Assembly (NCBI GenBank): GCA_025603075.1
Contig: MU626292.1
Location: 62,001 to 126,000 of the forward strand
Direction of reading: 5' to 3'
Length of the DNA stretch: 64,000 bases
Origin: Neoconidiobolus thromboides FSU 785
Taxonomy: Eukaryota; Fungi; Entomophthoromycota
The notes beneath the pieces were generated by a model that saw only the letters and a program-made list of their open reading frames with translations, was not told the DNA's origin and ran no database searches. This document shows, in pieces, positions 24,848 through 37,334 of the stretch (positions are counted from its first letter, which is position 1; every line of letters starts with the position of its first letter). Position numbers and translations under genes: made by a program.

Positions 24848-26246
24848 TTACACATTAATCCAATCCAACAATCGAACATGTTTTAATAAATAATAATAAA
24901 GTTCTTTAATATTGAGTGCAAAAGGTGCAGTGAATAATAAAGAAGTAGTGTGGAGATATTCAACTTCTATATATTGTACATTGAAAGCAATAGTGTTGGC
25001 CTTAATTATTCTAAAATTAGAAAAAAGAGTCAAAAAAACAAAGAAAATGATCAAAACTAATAGTGATACAATTAACATCAATTTTTTGCATAAAGTTATA
25101 TGTAAGTGGGTTATATATTTCACTATATAAATCGATTATATATAAATCTAAATTACCAAACAAGTTAATCATATCGAATATTTAAAAATCTAGTACAAAT
25201 AATTTGAATATTTTCAATCAATGAAATGGATTTTAATAATTTTTTTGTTATACAAAATAAATAAAATCCTTTCAATGTTGGTGCCTTTAAAAATTCATAT
25301 CAGCTGAAGCTTTTGGATAAAAACAATCTAAAGTTACGATATTACTCTTTCCGATTGATTTTATATCGTTGGAATCTCCAAAGAGATCCACAAACTACTC
25401 ATAATTACTTATTAATTAAATGTTTCATTTGATTTAAATTATCAAGATATTCAATATTAAAGCAAAGTCTTTGCTAAGAACTCCTTAAATGGGGATGTAT
25501 TTTTGTATTTAAGAATTTTACTAACAATTTTTCCACTCAAATAGCGCTTAAAAGATGGAAAAAATGCTGAAGCTAAAAAAACATCCCCAAATATTTAACT
25601 TAAATTGAAATTAAAACTTAAATATTTAAATTCAAGTATATTAAGGTCACTTAGAATGAATAGTAATTCAAAATCAAGCCCCGATGGATTAGATATTATT
25701 AAGATAAAATTTTGGAAGTTAAAAGCTTTAAATATAAAATCTGATGGTCCTATTGTTACATTCAATAGTCTTAATCCAAATTTAACAATATATTCTGTTA
25801 ATGTACCACTTCCTTTACATTTAATAACTTCAAGCTGACTTAGGTATGAAACAAATAAACTTGAACCATTTTTACATCTTTATAGTCATATGAAAATAGT
25901 TTTTTTAACTTTAATAGTTTACCCTCAAATTTTGTCTTATAATATTTATATATTCTTGAATAATGTATAAATTGAATATTTGGACAACAATCTAAATAAT
26001 ATACCGTATGACCATTTAAATTTATATATTTCATTATATCACGCTTTATTTAATAAATCTTTCTTAATAATTCCAATATTTAGGTAATGCATCTTGATTA
26101 TAAGTGACCAGATCAAATTATATCTGACTACTCTACTTATAACATTGAATGGTCTTTAAAAACCTCAATTTGAATAAACCTTTAGGAGACAGTAACTTGA
26201 CTACATCTTCCAACAGAATATTGATTGATTGATCAAATTTTACCAC
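24848..26246 (-). pseudogene. F-box/LRR-like pseudogene, paralog of 54501-55802, interrupted by MITE 25490-25589
   Basis: Fragments align in order with the intact gene: ILLEDVVKLLSPKGLFKLRFL vs VLLEDIFKLLHPEELFDLCFL; YLDCCPNIQFIH vs FLDSCPNLTSIH; FNIEYLDNLNQMK vs FNIKYFGDLNKIK; FLTLFSNFRIIKA...YLHTTSLLFTAPF...LLDWINV vs FLSLFPNLKVIKA...YVHTAPLIFIAPF...SLDWIKSE. GTG at the start position, frameshifts and stops. Confidence 0.85.
25490..25589 (-). mobile_element. MITE copy E, inserted in the F-box pseudogene
   Basis: Perfect termini, flanks AA/AA. Confidence 0.92.
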
Positions 26247-26555
26247 TTTATAATAAAATATTAAAACAGTCAATTTAGTTTGTTTGTGTTTGAATTCATG
26301 ATGCTTTTAGTAATATTTAGAATGAAGTTCACTCAATAAATACTATCTTTTAACTCCTTGGGTACTAATTTTTTCGAGTAAAAACGTCATCAATAGAATT
26401 TTTTTGGTTGACCCTTTGAGTACCAAATATTTTAAAAATTCTATTTGATTGGACAACAATTTCTAATCGATTTTATGCTAATTGTATCAGTTTTTTTTGA
26501 AATTCGATACCCAAAGGGTTAATTCAATTTAAATTATGCAATATTCATGATTATA

Positions 26556-26656
26556 TGGGGATGTTTTTTTTAGTTTCAGCATTTTTTCCATCTTTTAAGC
26601 ACTATTTGAGTGGAAAAATTGTTAGTAAAATTCTTGAATACAAAAATACATTCCCA
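26556..26656 (+). mobile_element. MITE copy F
   Basis: Full length, flanks TA/TA. Confidence 0.9.
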
Positions 26657-26907
26657 TATTTTGGTTTAAAACTATATACAAAAAGTGCTTATCATAATTT
26701 TGATGTATAAAAATTTGATGAGCACTGTTTGTCCACAGTACCCAAGTGATCAACTGGGCTAGCTTGATGAGCCAAATCATTATTTGTATCCAAGCAATTA
26801 ACTATTGTACAATTTATATTTATTGAATACTCACATACCATAATTTAGTTAAGCCGCTTAGTGTATCATTTATATATTTGAAATTTCATAAATGTCTATC
26901 AAATATA

Positions 26908-27006
26908 TAAGGGTGTTTTTTTGTTTTATCACTTTTTCCGTTTTTTAAGTGCTATTTGAGTAGAAAAATTGTTAGTAAAATTCTTGAATACAAAAATATA
27001 TCCCCC
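26908..27006 (+). mobile_element. MITE copy G (worn termini)
   Basis: Consensus core intact, flanks TA/TA by alignment. Confidence 0.82.
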
Positions 27007-27200
27007 TATATTAAATATAAACTGATATATGAATAAAAATACTTAGCGAGCTGATACAATTTTTTATACAAAGTACTAAACACCAATGAAAGTAAAATAT
27101 TATATAATAGGGTTAATATCTAAAGTGCTTTAAGGATACTGAAAACTAAAGATATATAAATTTACAACGATATATTTAATAGTAAAAGTAAACGAACTCT

Positions 27201-27630
27201 TGTGAAATATTGCTTTATCAGCCCCATAATTAATTATAGCATAATAATCGCCTAAGCTATTGTGTTCTCGAGCTCAAAGACAATCAATACCATTCTCTTG
27301 TTTTGGTTGCCATGAGAGTTTCTATCTTCGTCTCAAAGAATGTTATCCTCTTGTTTTAGCATCTATACTTGTCGAAGTATAAAAGAGATTTTAGAACATA
27401 GTAGCTCGAGGGTTTTTAACTAAGTTATTCTCTGATATCTCTTACGTTCAATAAAGCCACTAAGCTTTTTTAATAGTATTTTACGTAGATTTTACATTAG
27501 TATTGTCTGTTCTATTTGTCTTACATAGTTCATAGTCTATTACATGCTATTCTTCATAATCCAAGTTTATCTTAGCCACATAAACTAAGATCTTTCGACT
27601 TAAAGTGTAGTCAACCAGACAATAACTGTT
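27201..27630 (-). mobile_element. ~430-bp dispersed repeat, copy 1 (solo-LTR-like or non-autonomous element)
   Basis: Reverse complement aligns collinearly with 39804-40230, with long identical blocks such as AAAACAAGAGGATAACATTCTTTGAGACGAAGATAGAAA and AGCTTAGGCGATTATTATGCTATAATTAATTATGGG. Confidence 0.8.
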
Positions 27631-27719
27631 TTTTAGTTTCATAACTTTTTCCATTTTTTTAAGCATTATTCGAGCGGAAAAATTGTTAGTAAAATTATTA
27701 AGCAAAAAACACATCCCCA
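27627..27719 (+). mobile_element. MITE copy H, left end missing, fused to the 430-bp repeat
   Basis: Right terminus ACATCCCCA intact; left TGGGGA absent. Confidence 0.82.
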
Positions 27720-27875
27720 TATTATTTATAATTAGAAATATATTTACTAACATTTAAGTCATAAAATAGCTTATTTATCATTACTTTATTATATTTATTT
27801 TAATTTATTAATATTAATGATATCAGTTATTTTCTATTTAAACAAGCTTGAATTCTTAGCTTTTATATATAAAAT

Positions 27876-27975
27876 TGGGAAAGTATTTCTGTGTTTAAAA
27901 ATTTTACTAACAATTTTTCCACTCAAATAATGCTTGAAAGATGGAAAAGTGATGAAACTAAAAAAGACACTCTCA
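27876..27975 (-). mobile_element. MITE copy I
   Basis: Consensus core, degenerate termini, flanks AT/TA. Confidence 0.82.
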
Positions 27976-28958
27976 TATACTGTTTTATAAACTAGAATTA
28001 AAATTAAAATTAAATAATTCAACACCATAGTTTATTAGTAATTTTTTATCTATTTTAAGAGCTTTAAAAGCTTTAATAACATTTTTATTAGATTTATTTT
28101 TCATTATATTACATTTAATAAAAAGAATTTTCAACGTTATTTGATTTCATACTTTTTAGCTTATAAACTTATAAATCATAAAACTATACTATGTTCGTTT
28201 TTTTTCTTTCTAATAAATATCAAATAAAATGAAACTCATTTAATAGAAAATTAGAACCAATAGTATCAATTTATGCTGCTTTATTCTATTTTTAATTAGC
28301 TATTAGTTAATTGAGGATAGGAACACATCTTGCTCTTATCAAGCTGTTGAAATTAATATCAGGTTTCTGACAAAATATGAAGTTATAGGAAAATGATAAA
28401 AGCGGCCTTTTTAAAAAGCACAGTAAATTGACTATTATTTAATAGTAACCACTTTTTCTAAAGTCATTTCTAAAAGTCAATCTTATCGATTACTTTTATA
28501 ATCAACCAGAAAGTAACAATAACGTATCAACTTTTTTCTAAATACTTTTATTCACTATCTCTCATCTTGTAAAAAATTTAAACTTAAATTTAATAACACC
28601 ATGTCATAAAGAAAGGATAAATAGTCAATGAAATCATTTAATTTGATATGATAAAAAACCTTTTGTTTTATTTGATTTATTTTTAAATAGACTTCTAATA
28701 TATAAAATATAGTTTTAAGGTTTTTTCTATTGAAAAAAAAGCGAATTTGAAATTGATATTAATTTACTGTCAAAAGTTCATGTATAAATCGTTTTTTTAA
28801 AAGGAAGAGTTATATCATTATATTATTTTTCATTTTAACTTACTATTTTTCTATTTGATTTTAAATTCGTGTCTTGTTATAGTAGTTCAAGTAGATATAG
28901 AATATAGTTTAATGATTTGTTATTGACAATAATAAAGTAATAAGAATTAGTAAAGGAA

Positions 28959-29058
28959 TGGAGCTGTTTTTTTAACTTCATAACTTTTTCCATTTTTTGA
29001 GCGCTATTTAAGCGGAGAGATTGTTAGTAAAATTCTTAAATACAAAAATACATTCCCA
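28959..29058 (+). mobile_element. MITE copy J
   Basis: Consensus core, flanks AA/AA. Confidence 0.85.
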
Positions 29059-29521
29059 AATACTAATAATTCATAAGTTGAAAACTAGTTAAATTTTTAA
29101 AAGCTAAAAACTCACAGCCAACTAATTTTGAATTTAAAAAAATTAGTAAAAAAATGAGGGGAAGCTTTGTAATACTCCCTGAAACAAGTTCTATAAATTA
29201 AATCAAATCATTTGTTTAATTTGTTAGAAAAATACTAGAGATATTTTTATCAACCCTTAATTTCCTAATATTCATTTAGCATTAATAATTATCAAAAAAT
29301 AAAGTCAAATGAACGCATCAACCTATTCTAACGAATAATCAACATAGCAAACTGATAATAAATTAAATTTCTGTAAGTTCTTAAGGGAAGACTATGATGT
29401 CATAATCCATATCCGTTTTTAGACTTAAAAATAAGTAAGTAATCAAATTTGCTTTTTATTCTCTTAATTTTTTATATAAAAAAACAACAGAACTTTTTAT
29501 AACCAAATAATTTACTTTGAA

Positions 29522-30121
29522 ATGCCACCAACGACATATAAATCCCCCCTAAAAGCGAGTTTATCTTTAGATTTAAACTCGGTATCTGGTCACTGTACGA
29601 TCCATCCCGAGAATTCAATTGAGTTACCATTATCACCTAGTTTTGATAGTAGCAATTCCACTTTAAATAAAATTTTATCGAATTTTATTAAAAAAGAAAT
29701 GTTAGCAACCAGTACCAATACAATTGATATGCTAGATTTAGCTAGTAATAATGTTACTGCAACAATGGAAAGTATGATTGAAAAAAGTAATAGTTTATTA
29801 TTAAAAAAAGAAAAAAGAAGTTTAAGTCCATTTAATGTGCTAACGAAAAAAAATTCAGTAACTTCAAAATCAAACTCCCGTCCCCATCGTTTACGTACTC
29901 GTACTAATACATTTCATACTACTTTTTCACCTTTTTTGTTTCTTTCAAGTGGCCAAAGCAAAAGAAATAGTTTAATCAATGAGAATAATAATGAACTTTG
30001 TTTTTTTTGTTCGTCCAATTTACCCGAGTTAAAAGAGTGTTCTAATCAACATAATTTGGAAGATCAATTATTCGTTCAGATGGAAGAATTGGATCATACT
30101 TTTGTTGAGATTAGTTATTGA
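29522..30121 (+). CDS. Intronless 199-aa Ser-rich hypothetical protein
   Basis: Long ATG-initiated ORF in very AT-rich DNA with A-rich start context; no recognisable domain. Confidence 0.55.
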   Translation: MPPTTYKSPLKASLSLDLNSVSGHCTIHPENSIELPLSPSFDSSNSTLNKILSNFIKKEMLATSTNTIDMLDLASNNVTATMESMIEKSNSLLLKKEKRSLSPFNVLTKKNSVTSKSNSRPHRLRTRTNTFHTTFSPFLFLSSGQSKRNSLINENNNELCFFCSSNLPELKECSNQHNLEDQLFVQMEELDHTFVEISY

Positions 30122-30562
30122 AGAAGAGGAAAGGAGAGGGAGTGTATTTTGGAATGTATTTTTGTTATTTATTTTTTGGACTAGTTTTCATGAATTAAAG
30201 TGTATTGATTACCTTTAAATTAAAAATATTTTGTTGATTTTGATTTTTATAATTTTAATATTGTCTTTGTTTTTACTATTATTAATAATTTAGATATGTT
30301 ATCACCTTTAATTTTTATAATTTAGAATATTTTTATAATTATTAAATAAATTACCCTATTTAATATATATAAAGATTGTAATATTCAATTATTTTAAATA
30401 TAATGTTTTATATCATTAATAAACCTTTTCAAATGTTTTAAATTGATAAAAATTGAAATAAACCAATCAAACCCCTTCTATCTTTTGAAAAAGCAGTCTT
30501 CTATCTATCAACATGAATTATTTAATTAAAATTTCATTTTCAAATCTTTATTTTAAAAAAAC

Positions 30563-32681
30563 ATGGACACTAATACAGTGTATCCTATTGAAGCAATAGA
30601 AGTAAGATATATTTTCACTTTGCTTTATAAAAAATAAACAAATTTCTACTTTAAAAGGAAGTAGGGGATTCCTTAGGCTTATCTTCGATACCTAAAGATG
30701 GTTTATCAAGTTTAGCTGATGATGTTGAGTTTCGTATTAAAGAAGTAGTACAGGTGAGTTGTTTTAATAATACAAATGAAATTATAAGTATATTAATAAA
30801 CTAATCTTATTGTTAGGAAGCTATTAAGTTTATGAAACATGGTAAAAGAGAAAGGTTAACTTTAGATGATATTAATTTAGCGTTAAGAGTTCGTAGTGTT
30901 GAAGTAAGATTTAAATCTATAATTAAATAATAGTAATTTTAATTCATTTCATTTTAGCCATTATATGGGTTTAATTCTAGTGGTGGTTTAAGGTTTAATA
31001 GTGTTAAATATTCAAATCAAGAACTTTATTATTTACAAGATAAAGATATTGAATTAGAGACTTTATTATCAACTCCACTTCCTCCTGCTCCTATGGACTT
31101 AAGTTTTACTGGTAAATTAATTGAATTAGATTTCTATTTGATTTAATTTAATAATATTTTCATGTCACTTAGCTCATTGGCTAGCAGTAGAAGGTATTCA
31201 ACCATTAATACCACAAAATCCAATTGAAAGGGGTAAGTAAAATAGATTTACACAATTGTAATCAAACTAACTTGTTATTGACCTAACTTTATATTATTAT
31301 TTAATATAGATGAACCTGATAAATTCTTATTAAAAAAGAGTAAAATTAGTATCAATAGCACTATCAAGCCCATAGATAATCTAACTTCCAATATGGATAT
31401 GGATGTGAAACCAATTGTAAAACATAATTTAAGTCGAGAATTAAGAAAACATTTTGAAAATTTAGCATCTGCTTTAGTAGCGGAGGATATTGAAGTTCAA
31501 AAAGCAGCTCATGATTCTTTAAATAAAGATCCAGGTTTACAACAACTATTACCTTATTTTATTCAATATATATCTGAGAAGGTAAATTAGCATATATGCT
31601 AAAATTTTACAAATAATTTATTTTTTTATTATAATTTAGACAGTCAAGAGTTTTGATAAAATTAATATATTAAAGTCTTTATTAACTGCTTTAGAAATGA
31701 TTATGTTAAATAGTTATTTTTTTATAACACCCTATGTAAGTCAATTATTCTCATTTATTTGTTATTTTATTAGTTGATTTTTGTTATTTAGCTTCATCAA
31801 ATTTGTCCAGTAATACTCACTTGTTTAATTACTAAAAGAATGGGTAATAATATGGAAAGAGAGTTAAGTCATTGGCAACTACGCCATCAAGCCAGTGATT
31901 TATTAAGATTAATTTATCAAAAAATTGAATTTACTCATCCAAATGCAAGACCTAAGATAGTTAAAACTTTATTTTCAGCTATTTTTGATCCGCAATCAAC
32001 TATCACTACGTTTTATGGGGGTATCTTAGGTATTAAAACATTGAGTGATTCTTTATTTGATAGTTGCATTCCACCCAATTTAAATTCTATTTCAATGAAA
32101 TTACAAAGCTTTAATGGGAAGGAAGAGTCAAGAGAAATAATTAGATGTATGGAAATGATAGTGGTAAGTGAAGATTTATATTTATATTTATTTATTTTAA
32201 TTATTATTCTTAATATTTTATTTAATTCATTACTGAGGATCTTTATTTTAATATAATAAATTAGGACTTTCTAGCGGATGCTGCCGAGAATAAAAAATAT
32301 TTGCAAAATGAATCTGCAATCTCAATTGTAAAATTAAATCAATTAATTCCCTATCAACCTTTAGCCCAAGAAATTATTAAATCACAACATTTTAAATCAA
32401 TTTGTGTATATTTAAATCAAGTTATTTTTAATAATAAAAATGAAAAGGAGAATATTGTCAATGTTGAAAAAGGAAATTTAGAATTGGAAAAGACGGAGAA
32501 AATTGAGAGTGTTCAAGAAATGGAAACAGATAAGGAAACAGAAAACAAGATTGAACATAAGAATGAAGAGAACAAAGTAGAAAATAAAGAAAATGATAGT
32601 GATAATATGGATTCTAATGAAAATGACAAACAAATAATGGAAGAGGAAGATGATGACGATGATCAATGGGATGAAGAATAA
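30563..32681 (+). CDS. TAF6: TFIID/SAGA subunit TAF6, multi-exon
   Basis: Histone fold LADDVEFRIKEVVQ|EAIKFMKHGKRERLTLDDINLALRVRSVE|PLYGF, AHWLAVEGIQP, VKHNLSREL, DPGLQQLLPYFIQYI, HWQLR. Confidence 0.93.
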
Positions 32682-33023
32682 TATGAATTTTATATATGCT
32701 GTTATTCTAAATCAATAAGACTTAAAATTAATGAGTATTTAATAATACTACAAAATAAAATGCTGTAGTTATAAATAAATGATCAAAGTGAAGAATCCAA
32801 GTTAAAATAATAAACTATATATTTTTATTAATAATTGCTTTTTAAATCCAAATTTTTTATATGATAAACAATAGTAATAATAATGATTTTATAATAAAAA
32901 GTTTAATTTAAAAAAACTCACAAATAATAAAAGTTAAAAGATCGTAGTAGAATAAAAAAAGAATTGAGCAAATAATTTGTTTGATGCAGTATAAATAAAG
33001 TAGCAAGACAAATTGATCTTGCA

Positions 33024-34528
33024 TTAAATCCAAGAAGCTACTTGTTTCTTATTACTATCATCAATTTCATTTTGATTATTGTTATCGTTATTTCCAACTT
33101 GAGTATCTTCCTCCAATAATAATTTGTTTAATTCTACCTCTTGATTTTTACTCAAATAAATGGGTTTTTGGTCATTTAATATACATTCTTTAGTAATAAC
33201 TACAAATTTAACACTTGTTCCTGGCACATCATACATGGGTTCCAATAATATTTTTTCCTATTAAATGTATTTATAAATAATTAAATAAACAATAATTATT
33301 AGTTATTATTTTGATATATACAAAACAAATTTACCATAATCCTTCTTAATCCTCTAGCTCCAGTTTGTTTTTTAATAGCTAATTGAGCAATTGCTTTTAA
33401 AGAAGAATTGGTAAATTTTAATTGGATCTAAAATAATTTATATAAAATTAATTTATTTATATTAAAAACAAAATTATTAATTAAAATTATTTTAGAATTT
33501 ACCTTATTTAAATTAAATAATCCTTGATATTGTTTAATTAGGCAATTTTTAGGTTCAGTTAATACTCGAATTAAAGAAGATTCATCTAATGAAGTGACAT
33601 TAGCTAATACAGGTAATCGTCCAATAAATTCGGGTATTAATCCATATTTTATTAAATCTAAATATTAATAATTAATGATTAATATTATTATGACTATAAC
33701 TATTACCCATAGGTTCTACTAATTCTAAATAGTCCATTTGATTATTAATTTCATTGTTACTATCTAAGTTCCCTTTTTTAATTGGCGCATTAAAACCAAT
33801 AGACTAAATAAATAAATAATATTAATATTAAAATAATAAATAAAACAAATAAATAAATAAGCTTACTGATTTTGCTAATCTATTCGCAATAATTTTTTCT
33901 AAACCAACAAAAGCTCCTGATAAAATAAATAAAATATTAGAAGTATCTACTGTAAACGTATCCCCTTTATTTCCGCCTGATAAATTAGAATTATTATTAG
34001 AATTGGGATTTTTCCTATTAGATGAGCCATTTTTATCTGTTATTGTTATTGTTGTTCCTTCTAACATTCTTAATAACGCTTGTTGAACTCCCTCTCCTGA
34101 CACATCTTTAGAAATCGATAAAGCATCTGGTCGCCTTGCTATTTTATCGATTTCATCAATAAATACAATGCCTTGTTCTGCTTTTTTAATATCATAATCA
34201 CAATTCTAATTTATTATCATTATTAAATATTAAACTATTTAAGATTAAAATTACTTGTAATAATCTTTGAATAACTAATTCTACATCTTCACCTACATAA
34301 CCGGCTTGTGTAAATGGTGTTGCATCTGACATTGAAAATGGTACTTTTAATATATTAGCTAATGTTCTTGCTAATAATGTTTTTCCTAAATTATTTAATA
34401 TTAGTTACTAAAATAGTAGATTATTTATATTCTATTTAGTTTTACCTGATCCTGTTGGTCCTAATAATAATACGTTGCTTTTATCAAATGTTGTATCCAA
34501 TATACAATTTTCATTTTCACTATTGATT

Positions 34529-34572
<44 letters not shown>

Positions 34573-35473
34573 TAAATGATCTGAACTTGGATTAATCCAG
34601 TTTCTTTTTAATTGATGATATTGGAATGAAGTAGTATTCGTAACAGGTAATGGAACTAAATAGTAAACGTTAATAAAAAACAGAAACCTTTTCTTATAAA
34701 ATTTAACTTACTTCTTGAAATTGTTGAGTTACTATGATGTTGATTAATTGTATTAATATCATTATTTAAATCAAAATTAATATCTTCATTATATTTACTA
34801 TTAATTCCATTGTGTTGTTGTTGATGGTTCATATTATTAGTATTGATATTTTGTTGATATTTCATTTTATTATTAGCTTTAACTCGATTATAATGATTAA
34901 ATAAAGCTACTGATAATATTTTTTTAGCTCTTTCTTGACCAATTACATAATCATCTAAATGTTTATTAATCTAAATAAATATAATAAATTAATAAATTAA
35001 CAATGAAATTTTATCTTACCATTCGTGGAGTAGTTAATAAATTATTAAAGCCAAAATCTTCTTCTTCTTCTTCTTCAATAATTTCATTATCGATATGTTC
35101 AAATCCACCACCATAATTATACGTTTGTTTATCCATTTTAGATGTAAATATATGACTATGGTTATTACCATTATTATTATTATTTAATTTATCTTTATCT
35201 TTATTACAAGTTGTAATAATATCTATAAGAGAAAAAAAAGAGATCAGTTTTTTTTAACAATAATAGATTGATAATAATAATAATACCTCTTGTAACACCA
35301 TTATTTTTTTCCCATTTTTTTTTAATCAATTCTCCATTAGATTTGGTTTTCTTTTCTTTTTTTTGAATTACTGAACTATTACTATTATTCAAATTACTCG
35401 TATAACAACGAGTTAATAAACATTGAAATGGATAAATTTGTATTGTTTTTTTCTTTGGAATTAGAAGCATCAT
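33024..35473 (-). CDS. MCX1: Mitochondrial ClpX AAA+ chaperone, multi-exon; start approximate
   Basis: TPRM|[42 protein letters not shown]|[50 protein letters not shown]. Confidence 0.93.
34531..34572. repeat. (ATT)14 microsatellite encoding poly-Asn inside ClpX
   Basis: 14 perfect ATT units; the minus-strand frame reads HL-N14-TINSENE just before the KSNVLLLGP exon segment. Confidence 0.9.
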
Positions 35474-35805
35474 AGTTAAAAGTTTCTCTTATTGCCGTTG
35501 TTGTTTAAAAAAGTTATGTAGAAATATAAAAAATGAGAAAAAATATAGTTAAAATATTTATTATAAATATTCCTCAGTATGCTCAATTAGCCAAATGTGA
35601 CGGTTAAAATCGTGCTAAATCAGATTAGTTTATTTTTAAGCCCATCAATCAAACTTCATTATGTAACCCAATGTTATCCTTTAATTTGTTAAAAATCCTT
35701 TCTTATGCTTATGAATCAAAAATGCAAGTAACCTTTAAAACAAAAAGGAGTTAAGATGAGTAATCCAAATTTTATTAATATGTCATCTCCTTCAAAAGTA
35801 CTTCA

Positions 35806-36705
35806 TTAATAAAACCAAGCCATTTGAGGAAGTATAGCATGTCGATTTTTAACAATATGTTTATATTTGGGCATATTTTCAAAATACCAATGATGATTAG
35901 AATAAGCGGTAATGATAAGATTCAGAACTACCAATAGCGAGATGAAGATTAAGTTTAAAGACTTAAATTGGTCCATTAATAAAAAAGAAAGATAGATTAG
36001 TAACTCATGATAATAATGGGGGTTACTACAATATTTGAAATAAGAAGTTAATGGTAAGGAATATTTTTCTTTAATATCATTATTTCGTAAGTTAGCTAGA
36101 TCAACGTGGCAGTTGAATTGATGATAACTTGAATAAAAAAATAAGGCGATGGAAAAATAAAAGGTAACATCCGTAGTTAATGAGGTATGGTTTTGTTTAT
36201 AGATAGCATAGCTTAATACAGCATTAAAATTTAATAATAAACTTAAATTAAAGTAATAGTAGATGCCTAGTAATAAAATCAACACATTCATTTTTGAATT
36301 GGCTGAAAACTGGTGAATCTTTATCGTTTCATAATACCTTCTAAAACCTTGAAACTGTAATAACAAAGGTAAATAAATAGCATGTTCTGAAATGGTATTT
36401 GTATTATAATACTTGGAATAATAGTTTATATCCAAGTTGTATTCAATTAACAATTGATTTTTATAAAAAAAATTGAAGCTGACAAAAAGTAAATTGGTAA
36501 CTATTAAAAATAAATAAAAACAATTAAACTTTTTTTTAGATATTGTTAACCAACCACTTTTCATTCTATTATCTTTGTTTCGTCCATAGTGAATAATATT
36601 TTGTTTTATAAATTGATTTTGATTTAATATTAATAATAAAATTATACATAAAATTATTCCTTTTTGATTAATTTCTAAGATTGAATGGATTACACTTAAC
36701 ATCAT
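35806..36705 (-). CDS. DFG10: Polyprenol/polyprenal reductase (steroid 5-alpha-reductase family, DFG10/SRD5A3-like), single exon
   Basis: Multi-TM protein with HYGR..., RRYYET, HQFNCHVDLANLR, YSLP...FKYCSNPHYYHELLIY, HHWY, RHAILP. Confidence 0.85.
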   Translation of the reverse strand: MMLSVIHSILEINQKGIILCIILLLILNQNQFIKQNIIHYGRNKDNRMKSGWLTISKKKFNCFYLFLIVTNLLFVSFNFFYKNQLLIEYNLDINYYSKYYNTNTISEHAIYLPLLLQFQGFRRYYETIKIHQFSANSKMNVLILLLGIYYYFNLSLLLNFNAVLSYAIYKQNHTSLTTDVTFYFSIALFFYSSYHQFNCHVDLANLRNNDIKEKYSLPLTSYFKYCSNPHYYHELLIYLSFLLMDQFKSLNLIFISLLVVLNLIITAYSNHHWYFENMPKYKHIVKNRHAILPQMAWFY

Positions 36706-37334
36706 TTGAGATTATTAAGACTTATTAAATTGAAACTTCTCTCGAATTTTTATTTCTATTTTAACCCCTTTTCTACTTGTACTCACTTACTCCTTCAACC
36801 TCAAGGCATTATTGCAAAAACTTTAAGAATTGAGTGCAAAAATAAGCTTTCAAATAACTAGTTGATGAGAGCTGCCATTGGGTTAAAAGAATGCAAATTT
36901 TAGTTATTTTTGGCTAAAAATTGGTTAACTTTTGATCATTAACTCAAATTGGTATAGCTTTATTAACTATTAATTTAACCGATTAGTAATCCCGCTTTAG
37001 GTGGTTGTGATACAGTTTTTCCGTATGTCGGTGGTGGTTGAATGTAAATAAAGACGAGATAAAGGAATTGTAATTTATTTGTTTAAATAATATTATGAGA
37101 GTTTTGTCTTTGTGAGTATATATGTTTTTTGTCATTGTTTTGTTTTTTTCTCTTTATTAAAATTAACTTTAAACTAATATTATCAATTAATTAAGAAAGC
37201 CCATCATTGTTAATATTTTAATTCAATTAAAATGAAGCTTAAAAAAATTAATGAAAGCCTTAAAAGAATAAAAAATCATTAAAATAAAATAACTTATTTC
37301 TTTTAAATTTAAATATAAAATTATCAACTACAAA

